Below, piece after piece: positions 1 through 12,172 of a stretch of 20,000 nucleotides of DNA; position 1 is the stretch's first letter; every line of letters starts with the position of its first letter. This DNA is from Welwitschia mirabilis (Eukaryota), in contig JBOZIK010000001.1 in assembly GCA_051453625.1 (NCBI GenBank), positions 21,549,584 to 21,569,583 of the forward strand, written 5' to 3'. The position numbers and the translations under genes were made by a program. The notes beneath the pieces were generated by a model that saw only the letters and a program-made list of their open reading frames with translations, was not told where the DNA came from and ran no database searches.

Positions 1-806
1 CTAGATAAATCATAGAGTTATCACTTTAAACTATGATCAAAGTAAACTATAAGTGAAATACAAAGAATTGAAATGAATAGTAATTATATTGATTCAAAGA
101 GTAATTTGATTAATTCAAGAATATTTACATCCACTTACAATAGAATAATAGCACCTCAATAGAAGAGATTCAGCCTAACACCAAGGAAACTCATTTCTGT
201 AGCTACTGAATAGACCTCTTATCCTTTAATATTTTATCACAAGCATATCTGGTATAAAATATGGAAATAGAAATAAAGGAGGAGAAGGGTATTTATAGTT
301 TTACATTGAGGTTTTACAAACTTAACCCTAGAAGTCAAAAAAGAAACCCTAGTAGCCCAAATGGGTCAATTAAACCCATTACAAAGATAATTCTTTCTGA
401 TCATAGAAAAATAGATGTCATTCCTACTATCGTGGGGATGACATAAGGGACATCACCCTTTATCAAAAGATACTTTATCATCTTCATGCCCTAATGTCAG
501 CCCCATATCTTCTGTCCATGTTAGTAGTGCTATCATCCTGCTTGTCATTGGGATGATAAAGGGGATGATAGTCCTCCTTATCTCCAATATCAAAGGTAAA
601 TCAGTCTTTTGCATGGTGAATCCTTCTTCCAAGTATACCATGTCAAAATAAGCCTAAGAAAACTTCAAATATGCTAAAAATCACATGTTTCATTGTTCAT
701 CTTGTTATATCTCCATAATCATCAGTACAACATCCAAACTTATGTAAATGTTCTACAAAAATACTCAAAATACACCATTAAATTCCTACAAATTGACATC
801 ACAACA
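1..806 (-). repeat. 3' LTR of A1 (partial, cut by the window edge)
   Basis: catcacaaca at 797-806 reads TGTTGTGATG on the minus strand, just after the PPT. Position 1 aligns with ~4605 of the A2 LTR. TATAAATA at 290-297 (-). Confidence 0.85.
290..297 (-). promoter_or_regulatory. Putative LTR TATA box (TATAAATA); equivalent sites at 4871-4878 (-), 12631-12638 (+) and 18645-18652 (+)
   Basis: The same 8-mer sits at the equivalent position, downstream of the motif array, in four LTR copies from two families. Confidence 0.6.
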
Positions 807-809
807 TAG

Positions 810-819
810 CCCTCTACTT
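810..819 (-). other. Polypurine tract (AAGTAGAGGG) of A1; equivalents at 5497-5506 and ~6838-6845
   Basis: Purine-rich tract 3 nt (CTA) before the TG start of the LTR in each copy. Confidence 0.75.
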
Positions 820-2265
820 AGCCTTGTCAGAGCTTGACAAAGTAAGCGATTTACTATATTGTGAGCCAATTTGACTAAGATAAAATAGTATTAAAAAATG
901 TAAATTGAGTTTAATTAAATTATGTAAGAAATGATATCTCAAATGAATAATTGATATAAATGCTAAAAGATTTCCATTAGCCCCCTACTTAAGTATGTTA
1001 CTATGGAATAAATGAATGCCCTACACATACATAAGTCATAAAATGTAACATTGATAGCTCATGGATTACAAAAATAATGATAATGGACTAATGTGACAGA
1101 CTTAAGTAGTGCTATCCTCTAAAGAGTGATGTATTTAAGTTTATTAGTGTCATCAGCAAAGGACAAGAGTAGATATAGCATTTTTTAGATGATCTGAAAT
1201 ATGGCTTATGGAAAAACATTTGTGAGTATTTTGCTATATCCTGCAAGATAAATTTCATGAATTCTTCATGAATTTATTCAATTAACATGAAAAACTAATC
1301 CAAATAACCCATCATAAATTTATATCGTGAAATCTTAGAATATGAAAAATTTATGCTTAAAATCATAGAATAATGCCTAGAAAGGTATCCTAAGAAGCAA
1401 GACATCCCAAATTACACTAAGAATAAAGGAAGAGTATCATCTTGTCTATCATTGGGACGATAGTTGTAGGATAGTATTCATCAAATAAGCTATTCAAAGG
1501 AAAAAATAAAACCAAAAAAATTCTAAAAGTAGGAAAACATAGAAAAACAGAAAAAAGGAAATAAAATGCAGAGAGAAAGTGAAGAAACAACTTAAAGAAC
1601 ATCCTCATGATAGAGAATGAAAATGTAAGAAAAGAAGAAAATGCACTAAGCAAAAATAAGCAATGCTCAAAGACTCCTCAAATGTGCCTGAACTCATGGA
1701 AAAGAATAACTGAAACTCATTAGATCATGGGAACTTATCAAAAATAAAATATCAATCCTCTAGAAAAGTTATGGAAAAATATCAACAAGGAACTAGAAAA
1801 TGATTAGATTCATAATATGATGCTGAAAAAGTATGGAAGATAACTTTGAAAATCCAAAAAAAAACTGAAAAAATAAAATGAAAATATACAACTAGCAACA
1901 TNNNNNNNNNNNNNNNNNNNNNNNNNNNNNNNNNNNNNNNNNNNNNNNNNNNNNNNNNNNNNNNNNNNNNNNNNNNNNNNNNNNNNNNNNNNNNNNNNNN
2001 NNNNNNNNNNNNNNNNNNNNNNNNNNNNNNNNNNNNNNNNNNNNNNNNNNNNNNNNNNNNNNNNNNNNNNNNNNNNNNNNNNNNNNNNNNNNNNNNNNNN
2101 NNNNNNNNNNNNNNNNNNNNNNNNNNNNNNNNNNNNNNNNNNNNNNNNNNNNNNNNNNGAAGTACTAGAAATAAATAAAGAAAAATGACTCTAGAAAATA
2201 AGCAATGCCTTTGATGACACAAGGGATACCATTGATCTTATAGCCTCAAAATGCAATTTATTTGT

Positions 2266-2420
2266 CCATGATTAGGGGAGTAAAACCACTATTAGAGGAG
2301 TAAGAACCCACACAGCATGGCCAATTGACCCCCTAGTGGAGTTCCCACAGCTATCATATCGCATTGCGAAAGGCCCCTCTCGGGAATATTTGCCTTGATG
2401 CACTTGTGATAGGACATTAT
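2266..2420 (-). other. Conserved GC-rich non-coding block in the element 3' region (copy 1 of 3), candidate structured RNA
   Basis: Aligns with 8970-9119 (-) and 17025-17173 (+). It is much more GC-rich than its flanks and contains several complementary segments. Confidence 0.6.
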
Positions 2421-2809
2421 GATGACCATGTTTTTGAGATATAACATGAAAGAGCATGGTATTCTTTTTTCTCCCTTCTTTTCCTTTTTTTTTTTTGAAT
2501 TCCACATTATCAAGGACTTGTAAGTATAAAGGTGAAGTAATGAGCTGAGTAACAAAGTAAGAACATGTAAAAATAACTAATTACTCATACCATTGAAAGA
2601 GAAAAAAAGAACCAAGGCATCTTCCTTCAAAATAAAGTTCATAGACATATGAATGTCTGAAGATTAGATGAAGCTGATCTTATCATCTAAATGCCCAAGT
2701 AAAATATTACTAATCATGAAAACTTCTTAAGTAAAATACACATGTCAAGTTTAAAAATATTCAAGTGATAACATGATGTTTACCAAAGGAATAAGTTAAA
2801 AACGGATTT

Positions 2810-4148
2810 AGATAATGAAAAAAGAATGGTTTTCCTCATTAAGAGGGCCTTCCAAAACAAGTTCTTCTATCATGTTTAAGGTTTTATCAGGAGATGGATC
2901 ATAAATTTTTAACCTTTTTTTATTAACTTTTGAAATTTCTCTAATGTTTGGATTGGAGATTTCAAATGAGTCATTTGAGTATACTTTTTTTATGAGATAA
3001 GGATCTAATCATTTAGAAGTTAACTACTTGTGCAAAAGGTGTACTAGGGTATTATACCAGGTTTAAACTACTTATGAATAATTTTTTTATCATGTCTAAA
3101 CTGGGCTTGAGTTTTATGAATGAGTGGATGATGTAAAGCATGAATACATTTTTCATTTAAATGGTCAATTTGGGCTAATTGAATTTTAAGATTGTTATTC
3201 AAGTGTACAAGGTTAAGTTGATGGATGAATTGATAAGAATTATAGAAAACAATAAACGATAAAATATGAACTTTTCCGTACACAAGTTCATATGGTAAGA
3301 AACCTAAAGAGTTACATCAACTAGTACTGTAAGATCAAAGAACATCATTAAGTTAAGAAGAACAAGTCTTTTTATTGATAAAGGCTAATTTTTGAAGCAT
3401 CTTTTTGATTTCTCTATTTATGTTTTTAGCTTGTTCATTAGTCTAAGAATGATAGGCACAAGTAATTCTATGTTTAACACCAATGGATAAAAGAAGTTTG
3501 TAAAAAAGGTGATTAATGAAATGAGTTTCTTGATCACTAATAATAATTTATGGAAAATCAAAACATTGAAAAACATGAGTTCGAACAAAGTTGCAAATGG
3601 TTTAGGCATTATTTTTAGTAGTAGAAATAGCTTCTACCCACTTAGTAACATAATCAACAATGACAAAGATATAATTTTATCATGAGAAGGTGGTGTAATA
3701 GGACCTATAAATTCAATTCCCCAATAATCAAAAGGTTCACATTTAAGTATAGGTTTAAGAGGCATATCATGAGAGTGATTTAGGCTATCATAACATTGAC
3801 ATGCATCGCACATTCTAGCAAAGTCATAGGAATTCTTAAAAAGAGTAGGCCAATAAAAACCAAAGTGAAGAATTTTCATGGTAGTCTTTTGGCCACTAAA
3901 GTGTCACTCACATATTCTTTCATGGCAAAGTTTTAGGATTTCTAAGGTTTCCCACTCAGATACACACGTATGCATGATCTGATCTTTGCAACCTCTATAG
4001 AGATGAGGTTAATTTCATTCATAGTCACCGATCCTATGAAAAAGAGCTTTTCATTGGTTATGGTTTCAATGCTGAGGAGTTTTCATAGTCACAAGGTAGT
4101 TTACAATATCATCACACCAAGGAGCAGAGTGAGAATATTAGATAGCAT
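2810..4148 (-). pseudogene. Degenerate Athila-type integrase (pol C-terminus)
   Basis: Manual translation gives PWCDDIVNYLVT...LYRGCKDQIMHTCV..E...ILKLCH (frameshift) HFSGQKTTMKILHFGFYWPTLFK...CDACQ (HHCC zinc finger). It continues FDYWGIEFIGP, YILVIVDYVTKWVEA, IISDQETHF, AYHS*TNEQAKNINREIK (DDE core, first D to E, catalytic E to K) and ends KVNKKRLKIY. Many stops and frameshifts. Confidence 0.93.
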
Positions 4149-5493
4149 TATTATAGTGTAATTTATGCAATCCTGAAGTTCTTTAGGTAAAACTATAAAT
4201 CAAATAGCTTATAGAAAAATACATGCTAGTATAGATGAGAGTTCACTTGAATGTCATAATCCCAATGAAGGCACTAGGCTTAGAGTTAGAGAATTTATTC
4301 TCAAAGGTATTTTTAGTCTTTTATCTTTTAATAATTAAAAGTAAATAATAAAGTAAATATAATGCAAGATGAATGGAGATGAAATGCAAGTGAAAATAAA
4401 ATAAACTCTCTTGGTTCTTAATTCTTCTGTTACAAAGACTAGCTTCTCTGTAACTTAGATTAATTAAGAAGAGAATTTAAGTAGTTCTTAACCAATATAA
4501 ACTATGAGATCTATCAAGTAGAATAAAGAATACAATATGAAATCAAATAAAATAACAATGAAAATCTAATATTAACTAACCTTAATAAAGGTTGCCCTTA
4601 TGATCTAAATAAATCACAGAACTATCACTTAACTATGATCAAAGTAAATTATAAGGGACATACATAGAATTAGAATTAAAAAGAGTAATTGTATTGATTC
4701 AATGAACTTCACATCTACTTAAAATAAAATAGTAGCACCTCAATAGAAGAGACTCAGTCTAACACCAAGGAAACTCCTTTCTGTAACTACTAGATGAACC
4801 TCTTATCCTTCAATCTTTTGTCACAAGTATATCAAATATAAAAGATGAATTAGAAGTGAGGATAAGAGGGTATTTATAGTTTTACATTAGAAGTTTCTAG
4901 AACTAAGACCTTAAAAGTTAGAGAAGAAACCCTAGTAGCCTAAGTGGGACAAATAACTTCATTACAAGATAATTCAATCTCACTTATATAAAATAGTTAT
5001 TATCCTGATTATCGTAAGGACAGAAATGGGGATGATGCCCTTAATAATAGATAATTAATCAGCTTCTGGCTCCACAATCAACTCGCAGTTAGCTTGCAAA
5101 TGTGTCATCATCCCTTATGTCATGGGAATAATAGTGAGAATGAAACCTCCTTAGAAAAGGTGCTACATTGACTCTAAGTTCTAGTCTAAATCACTATTAT
5201 ATTAGGCTAATATAGTGCTGTCACCTCCTCTATCATGGGGATGACAATGGAAATGAAATCCTTCCAAAGATCCTTAGGTAAAGCAAATTAGCCTTCTTCA
5301 TCATTAATTTTCTTCTAACATACTAAGTACCAGAACATGCCTGAAATGCCTTCAACGATACCAATAACTACATGTTTTTGTAAACATCCCATTTACTCTT
5401 TATAATCATTAGAATTGCATCCAATCCTATATAAATGTCTCACAAAAGTATTCCAAATATACCATCAAATTCCTATAAATGAGCATCATAACA
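4149..5493 (-). repeat. Complete 3' LTR (~1.35 kb) of element A2
   Basis: Right end catcataaca (5484-5493) follows PPT 5497-5506. Left end tattatagtg (4149-4158) is a transition-decayed TGTTGTGATG and aligns with the reverse complement of the B LTR end. Homologous to 1-806. Confidence 0.8.
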
Positions 5494-6163
5494 TAGCCCT
5501 CTACTTAACCTTATCAGTTCTTGACAAAGTGGGTGACCAACTATATTGCGAGCCAATTTGACTAAGATAATCATCAACTACAAGAATAGAATTTGAGTTT
5601 AATTTTATCATGCATAAGTAGATAACAAAAATCCATTAACTGATACAATTACTAATGTAGTCATAAGCCCCCTACTTAAACACATTATAATAGAGTGAAT
5701 GAATGTTATACACATAAATAATTGTAAAATCTAATATGATATTTTAGAAAATAAATATGTTTGCATAATTAGAGAAAGTAATGTTAAAACTAATGTGTAA
5801 AACTTAAGCAGTAATAATCTAAAAGAATGATGCATGAAAAGTTTAATAATGTTTTCTACAAGGGGAAAAGTACAATAATAAATATAGCATTCTTCCTTTA
5901 GATGATTTGAAACATTATCACAAGAAAACTCTATGAGTGGGCTACTGTGCTCCTATTAGATAAAGTCCATAAAATTTATTTAAGTAACATGAAATCATAT
6001 CCAAATAACTCATTAGAGATATATATCATGAAATCTTAAAGTAATCCTTTAAAATTTTAAAAATTATAAATTTTTGCTTAATATTATATAAGAAATCTGG
6101 AGAGGTATCCTACCCCCTCAAAGGTAAAGTAAGACATCTCAGATTGCATAAAGTAAAAAGGAT
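4149..6163 (-). mobile_element. Athila-like element A2 (3' LTR, PPT, part of the 3' non-coding region), apparently nested in A1 pol
   Basis: 5494-6163 is homologous to ~807-1435 and ~6835-7500. The LTR end directly abuts integrase codons with no PBS. Confidence 0.78.
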
Positions 6164-6263
6164 NNNNNNNNNNNNNNNNNNNNNNNNNNNNNNNNNNNNN
6201 NNNNNNNNNNNNNNNNNNNNNNNNNNNNNNNNNNNNNNNNNNNNNNNNNNNNNNNNNNNNNNN

Positions 6264-6834
6264 GAAGAAATCCTATGAGCCCAAGTAAGGCACATGACCC
6301 CATTATAACATAATTTAACACCTTTTATATGAAAAAGTTGTCATCCTGACTATTATGGGGATGACACTAGGGATGAAGGCCCATAACAATAAATAATAAA
6401 ATAGTTATTGCCTCTATAATTAGCCTCGCAGTTGGCTCCAAATGTATCGTTATTCCTTATGTCGTGGGAACGACAATAAGGACAACACCTCCATAGCAAA
6501 TAATACTTCATTGGCTCTAACCTTTAGTTAATGTTGCTGTTATGATAGATTGATATAGTGTTGTCGTCCCCTCTTTTGTGAGGATGACAATGGGATGACA
6601 CCCTTCTTAAGATTCTTAAGCAAAGCAACCAACCTTCTTCATCATGAGTCTTCCTTCATCATATTAAGTAGCAGAATATGCCTAAGATGCCTCCAATTAT
6701 GCCAAGAATTACGTGTTTCTATGATCATCCTATTGACTTTCCATAATTAGCAGAATTACAGTTAAACCTATATAGACGTCCTGCAAAAGTACTCCAAATA
6801 CATTATCAAATTCCTACAAATTGTTATTACAAAA
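6264..6834 (-). repeat. Partial 3' LTR of element A3 (remainder lost in the 100-N gap)
   Basis: 6264 aligns with ~4922. tattacaaaa (6825-6834) is a decayed CATCACAACA followed by tagccccct (PPT). Confidence 0.82.
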
Positions 6835-7852
6835 TAGCCCCCTAGATAGCCTTATCAGTTCCTGATAAAGTGAGCGATTAACTATATTATAAGTTAATTT
6901 GACTAAGATAATCATCAATTAGAGAAATGGAATTTGAGTTCTATTTTATTATGCAGGAATAGACAAAAAAATTTAATAACTAATATAATTACTGCTATAG
7001 TTATAAGCCCCCTACTTAAACAGATCACAATAGACCAAATAAATATCATACATATAAATAAATCATAGAATGTAATAATGATAGTTCATAAAATGATAAT
7101 ATATATGCATAAATTTGAGAAAGTAATGTTAGAATTTATGTGTAAAAATTAAGTAGTAATAATCTCAAAGCATGAAAAGTTCATCAATATTTTCTACAAG
7201 GATAAAATACAAGAGTAAATATAGTATTTTTCTTTTAATAATTTTAAACATTGCTGCAACAAAACTCTATGAGTGGCTACTGCTTTTGTTAAATAACGTT
7301 CATGAAATGTATTCAAGTAACATGAAATCATATCCAAATAACTCATCATACATATGTATCATAAAAGTTCAAAGTGATCCTTTAAAATTTAAAAATTATA
7401 AATTTTTGTTTAATATCATAGAAGAAAGCTTAGAAAGGTGTCCTTTCTCCTCCAAGAGAAAAGCAAAACATCCTGGATTATACAAAGCAAAAAAGAGAAT
7501 GACTGTCATCCTTTCTATCATAGGGATGATAGACGTAAGATGATAGTGTTTAAATGAAATGTTTGAACAGATTTAGAAAAATCTAAAAAAGTCTAACAAT
7601 AATTAAGTAGTAAAAAAGTAGTATAAAAACAAAAGGAAGGTAGAAAGTGAAGAATTGTTCTAGAAAAAACATGACCACGAAGAAAGAGACTTATGAGATC
7701 ATAATAATGCATTAAGTAAAAGATAACAAGGCTTAGAAGTATTCTGCAAATGTATTTCAAACTCTATGAAGATTCAAGATCCATAAGTGAATGGATGTAA
7801 AACCAAAAGCTAAACAAAAAACATTAACATAAAAAAAAGGAACACAATGATC

Positions 7853-8194
7853 AAAGTAAAAGAAATGCATCAATTGAAAGTGTTGAAAAGAAAACAATCC
7901 TTATAAAGAAAATCTACAAGTGAAAATAAAAAGACAACTAGAGTACCAAATGATTAGGTCCTAATTATAATGTNNNNNNNNNNNNNNNNNNNNNNNNNNN
8001 NNNNNNNNNNNNNNNNNNNNNNNNNNNNNNNNNNNNNNNNNNNNNNNNNNNNNNNNNNNNNNNNNNNNNNNNNAAAGTAAAAGAAATGCATCAATTGAAA
8101 GTGTTGAAAAGAAAACAACCCTTATAAAGAAAATCTACAAGTGAAAATAAAAAGACAACTAGAGTACCAAATGATTAGGTCCTAATTATAATGT
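7853..8194. repeat. 121-bp near-exact duplication across a 100-N gap (probable assembly overlap artefact)
   Basis: 7853-7973 matches 8074-8194 with one mismatch (aatcc vs aaccc), and the two copies flank exactly 100 N. Confidence 0.85.
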
Positions 8195-8969
8195 GAAAAA
8201 ATATACTGTAATGACTATAAAAATCCTAAACAAAATAAATCAGAAAAAACATAAGGAAAATGGACAACTAGGAACATGAAGAAGATTGCTTACCTACCCA
8301 AAATTNNNNNNNNNNNNNNNNNNNNNNNNNNNNNNNNNNNNNNNNNNNNNNNNNNNNNNNNNNNNNNNNNNNNNNNNNNNNNNNNNNNNNNNNNNNNNNN
8401 NNNNNNNNNNNNNNNNNNNNNNNNNNNNNNNNNNNNNNNNNNNNNNNNNNNNNNNNNNNNNNNNNNNNNNNNNNNNNNNNNNNNNNNNNNNNNNNNNNNN
8501 NNNNNNNNNNNNNNNNNNNNNNNNNNNNNNNNNNNNNNNNNNNNNNNNNNNNNNNNNNNNNNNNNNNNNNNNNNNNNNNNNNNNNNNNNNNNNNNNNNNN
8601 NNNNNNNNNNNNNNNNNNNNNNNNNNNNNNNNNNNNNNNNNNNNNNNNNNNNNNNNNNNNNNNNNNNNNNNNNNNNNNNNNNNNNNNNNNNNNNNNNNNN
8701 NNNNNNNNNNNNNNNCTTGAATAGGCAAATTATTATGATGATGTCAAGTATGTCTAGTATTATGAAACAATGAATGATAGAGTAAAAAGCTGTTAAAACA
8801 AGAACTTATAAGTTTTCATCTCAAAATGACACTAGAATCCAAAAAAGTAAAGTGATTATGTGAAAGTACTATAAATAAATAAAGAAAATGAGTCTAGAAA
8901 ATAAGAAATGCCTCTGATAATGCTAGGGACATCATTGATCTCATAGCCTCTAAGTACATTTTCATTTTA

Positions 8970-9119
8970 CCATGATGAGGGGAGTGTAACCACTGTCAGA
9001 GGAGTAAGACCCACACAACATGGCTAACTAACTCCCTAGTGAAGTTTCTATAGCTACCATGTCACACTGCCAAAGTTCCCTATCGGGAATATTTGCCCCG
9101 GTGCCCTTGCAATAGGACA
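8970..9119 (-). other. Conserved GC-rich non-coding block (copy 2 of 3)
   Basis: Aligns with 2266-2420. Confidence 0.6.
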
Positions 9120-9529
9120 ACACAGGAGGCATTTTTGAAGATATGAAAGAGAATGATCTTTATTTATTTTCTTNNNNNNNNNNNNNNNNNNNNNNNNNNN
9201 NNNNNNNNNNNNNNNNNNNNNNNNNNNNNNNNNNNNNNNNNNNNNNNNNNNNNNNNNNNNNNNNNNNNNNNNNNNNNNNNNNNNNNNNNNNNNNNNNNNN
9301 NNNNNNNNNNNNNNNNNNNNNNNNNNNNNNNNNNNNNNNNNNNNNNNNNNNNNNNNNNNNNNNNNNNNNNNNNNNNNNNNNNNNNNNNNNNNNNNNNNNN
9401 NNNNNNNNNNNNNNNNNNNNNNNNNNNNNNNNNNNNNNNNNNNNNNCAAGTTAAATATGTTTAAGTGATAGCATGAAGTTTATCAAAAGAATAGCCTAAA
9501 GAATAATTTAGATAATGGCAAGAAAAAAT

Positions 9530-9745
9530 CTAAGACAAGTGCTTCTATCATGTTCAAGATTTAATTAACATACGTTTCAATGATTTTTAACCTTCTATCC
9601 ATTAACTTCTAAATTTCCCAAGTGTTTAGGTTGAAAGTTTCAATGGAGAAATTTAAAGATGTATTTTTTTTTTTGAAAGATAAGTACCTAGTAATTAAGA
9701 AGTTCAACTACTTATGTAAAAAGTGCACTCAAGTATTGTATTTTT
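9530..9745 (-). pseudogene. Highly decayed integrase C-terminal remnant
   Basis: Nucleotide homology to A1 2855-3055 (the KVN..RLK region). Homology stops at ~9745. Confidence 0.6.
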
Positions 9746-12172
9746 CATAAATACAAGGGCCAAACCAAATAGAAACTAATTGATAAAACATAAAACATAT
9801 GCAATCATTGTGGAGTAAAATCAATTGAAGATAAATAAAGTAAAATGATAAAACTTTGATAGCATAAATTTTTAAAATCAAAATAAGATATAAAGAAGTG
9901 ATAAATTACATTGACAAATAATCTCTTATGAAAACAATGTAAAGCATGAGTATCATTATATAATTCATTCAAGGTACTACTCAAAGAATGGTGCCAAGAG
10001 GTTTGTAAGGGCTTTTGAAAATATTAACTAAGATTGATAAGCTTCTTAATATTCAACTGTAAGTATGGGTTATGATCAAGAAGGTAAGGCTNNNNNNNNN
10101 NNNNNNNNNNNNNNNNNNNNNNNNNNNNNNNNNNNNNNNNNNNNNNNNNNNNNNNNNNNNNNNNNNNNNNNNNNNNNNNNNNNNNNNNNNNNNNNNNNNN
10201 NNNNNNNNNNNNNNNNNNNNNNNNNNNNNNNNNNNNNNNNNNNNNNNNNNNNNNNNNNNNNNNNNNNNNNNNNNNNNNNNNNNNNNNNNNNNNNNNNNNN
10301 NNNNNNNNNNNNNNNNNNNNNNNNNNNNNNNNNNNNNNNNNNNNNNNNNNNNNNNNNNNNNNNNNNNNNNNNNNNNNNNNNNNNNNNNNNNNNNNNNNNN
10401 NNNNNNNNNNNNNNNNNNNNNNNNNNNNNNNNNNNNNNNNNNNNNNNNNNNNNNNNNNNNNNNNNNNNNNNNNNNNNNNNNNNNNNNNNNNNNNNNNNNN
10501 NNNNNNNNNNNNNNNNNNNNNNNNNNNNNNNNNNNNNNNNNNNNNNNNNNNNNNNNNNNNNNNNNNNNNNNNNNNNNNNNNNNNNNNNNNNNNNNNNNNN
10601 NNNNNNNNNNNNNNNNNNNNNNNNNNNNNNNNNNNNNNNNNNNNNNNNNNNNNNNNNNNNNNNNNNNNNNNNNNNNNNNNNNNNNNNNNNNNNNNNNNNN
10701 NNNNNNNNNNNNNNNNNNNNNNNNNNNNNNNNNNNNNNNNNNNNNNNNNNNNNNNNNNNNNNNNNNNNNNNNNNNNNNNNNNNNNNNNNNNNNNNNNNNN
10801 NNNNNNNNNNNNNNNNNNNNNNNNNNNNNNNNNNNNNNNNNNNNNNNNNNNNNNNNNNNNNNNNNNNNNNNNNNNNNNNNNNNNNNNNNNNNNNNNNNNN
10901 NNNNNNNNNNAATAAGTCTATATTCTATGAAATTTGAATGAATCTTTGTGAGTTGTACATTGTGATTAGTTTCTTTACTATTTTCTCTATCATTATTTTG
11001 TTGGGTTTTTGCTTCACTTTTCTAATTGTTATTGGTGACTATATCTTCCTTATGTTGAATATGGCTTTCATTTTCTAATTTATTGCATTCATTGAAAAGA
11101 TTATCAAGAGAAATAACAACATAATGTTCATCATTGATTAGAAAGTTTTAAGTCTTCTTATGATTATGTTTCTCATCTCGATTATCTAATAGTAAATGGA
11201 TGGAATGGATATAATCNNNNNNNNNNNNNNNNNNNNNNNNNNNNNNNNNNNNNNNNNNNNNNNNNNNNNNNNNNNNNNNNNNNNNNNNNNNNNNNNNNNN
11301 NNNNNNNNNNNNNNNNNNNNNNNNNNNNNNNNNNNNNNNNNNNNNNNNNNNNNNNNNNNNNNNNNNNNNNNNNNNNNNNNNNNNNNNNNNNNNNNNNNNN
11401 NNNNNNNNNNNNNNNNNNNNNNNNNNNNNNNNNNNNNNNNNNNNNNNNNNNNNNNNNNNNNNNNNNNNNNNNNNNNNNNNNNNNNNNNNNNNNNNNNNNN
11501 NNNNNNNNNNNNNNNNNNNNNNNNNNNNNNNNNNNNNNNNNNNNNNNNNNNNNNNNNNNNNNNNNNNNNNNNNNNNNNNNNNNNNNNNNNNNNNNNNNNN
11601 NNNNNNNNNNNNNNNNNNNNNNNNNNNNNNNNNNNNNNNNNNNNNNNNNNNNNNNNNNNNNNNNNNNNNNNNNNNNNNNNNNNNNNNNNNNNNNNNNNNN
11701 NNNNNNNNNNNNNNNNNNNNNNNNNNNNNNNNNNNNNNNNNNNNNNNNNNNNNNNNNNNNNNNNNNNNNNNNNNNNNNNNNNNNNNNNNNNNNNNNNNNN
11801 NNNNNNNNNNNNNNNNNNNNNNNNNNNNNNNNNNNNNNNNNNNNNNNNNNNNNNNNNNNNNNNNNNNNNNNNNNNNNNNNNNNNNNNNNNNNNNNNNNNN
11901 NNNNNNNNNNNNNNNNNNNNNNNNNNNNNNNNNNNNNNNNNNNNNNNNNNNNNNNNNNNNNNNNNNNNNNNNNNNNNNNNNNNNNNNNNNNNNNNNNNNN
12001 NNNNNNNNNNNNNNNNNNNNNNNNNNNNNNNNNNNNNNNNNNNNNNNNNNNNNNNNNNNNNNNNNNNNNNNNNNNNNNNNNNNNNNNNNNNNNNNNNNNN
12101 NNNNNNNNNNNNNNNNNNNNNNNNNNNNNNNNNNNNNNNNNNNNNNNNNNNNNNNNNNNNNNNNNNNNNNNN

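Larger units (their letters stand above)
1..4148 (-). mobile_element. Athila-like Ty3/Gypsy LTR retrotransposon A1, 3' part (integrase, 3' non-coding region, PPT, 3' LTR running off the window)
   Basis: Order on the minus strand is Athila-type integrase remnant (4148 to ~2810), non-coding region, purine tract (810-819), then an LTR starting TGTTGTGATG at 806. The LTR and 3' region are homologous to 4605-6160 and 6264-9745. Confidence 0.88.
6264..9745 (-). mobile_element. Athila-like element A3 (3' LTR, PPT, 3' non-coding region, integrase C-terminal remnant); it may extend further right
   Basis: Colinear homology with A1: 6835-7700 vs 807-1670, 8864-9150 vs 2160-2450, and 9447-9740 vs 2745-3055. 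Confidence 0.8.

Noticed and set aside
261-1653. Small ORFs in LTRs and A/T-rich tracts (also 3970-4161, 7172-7543, 13390-13572, 18644-18930, 19343-19639)
   Set aside because: They are not kept open in homologous copies, have low-complexity composition, or are antisense to a better-supported frame.
2272-2555. Short minus-strand ORFs over the conserved block as an Athila env-like gene
   Set aside because: The three copies differ by frame-breaking indels and show no consistent peptide, and there is no recognisable env-like or transmembrane ORF.
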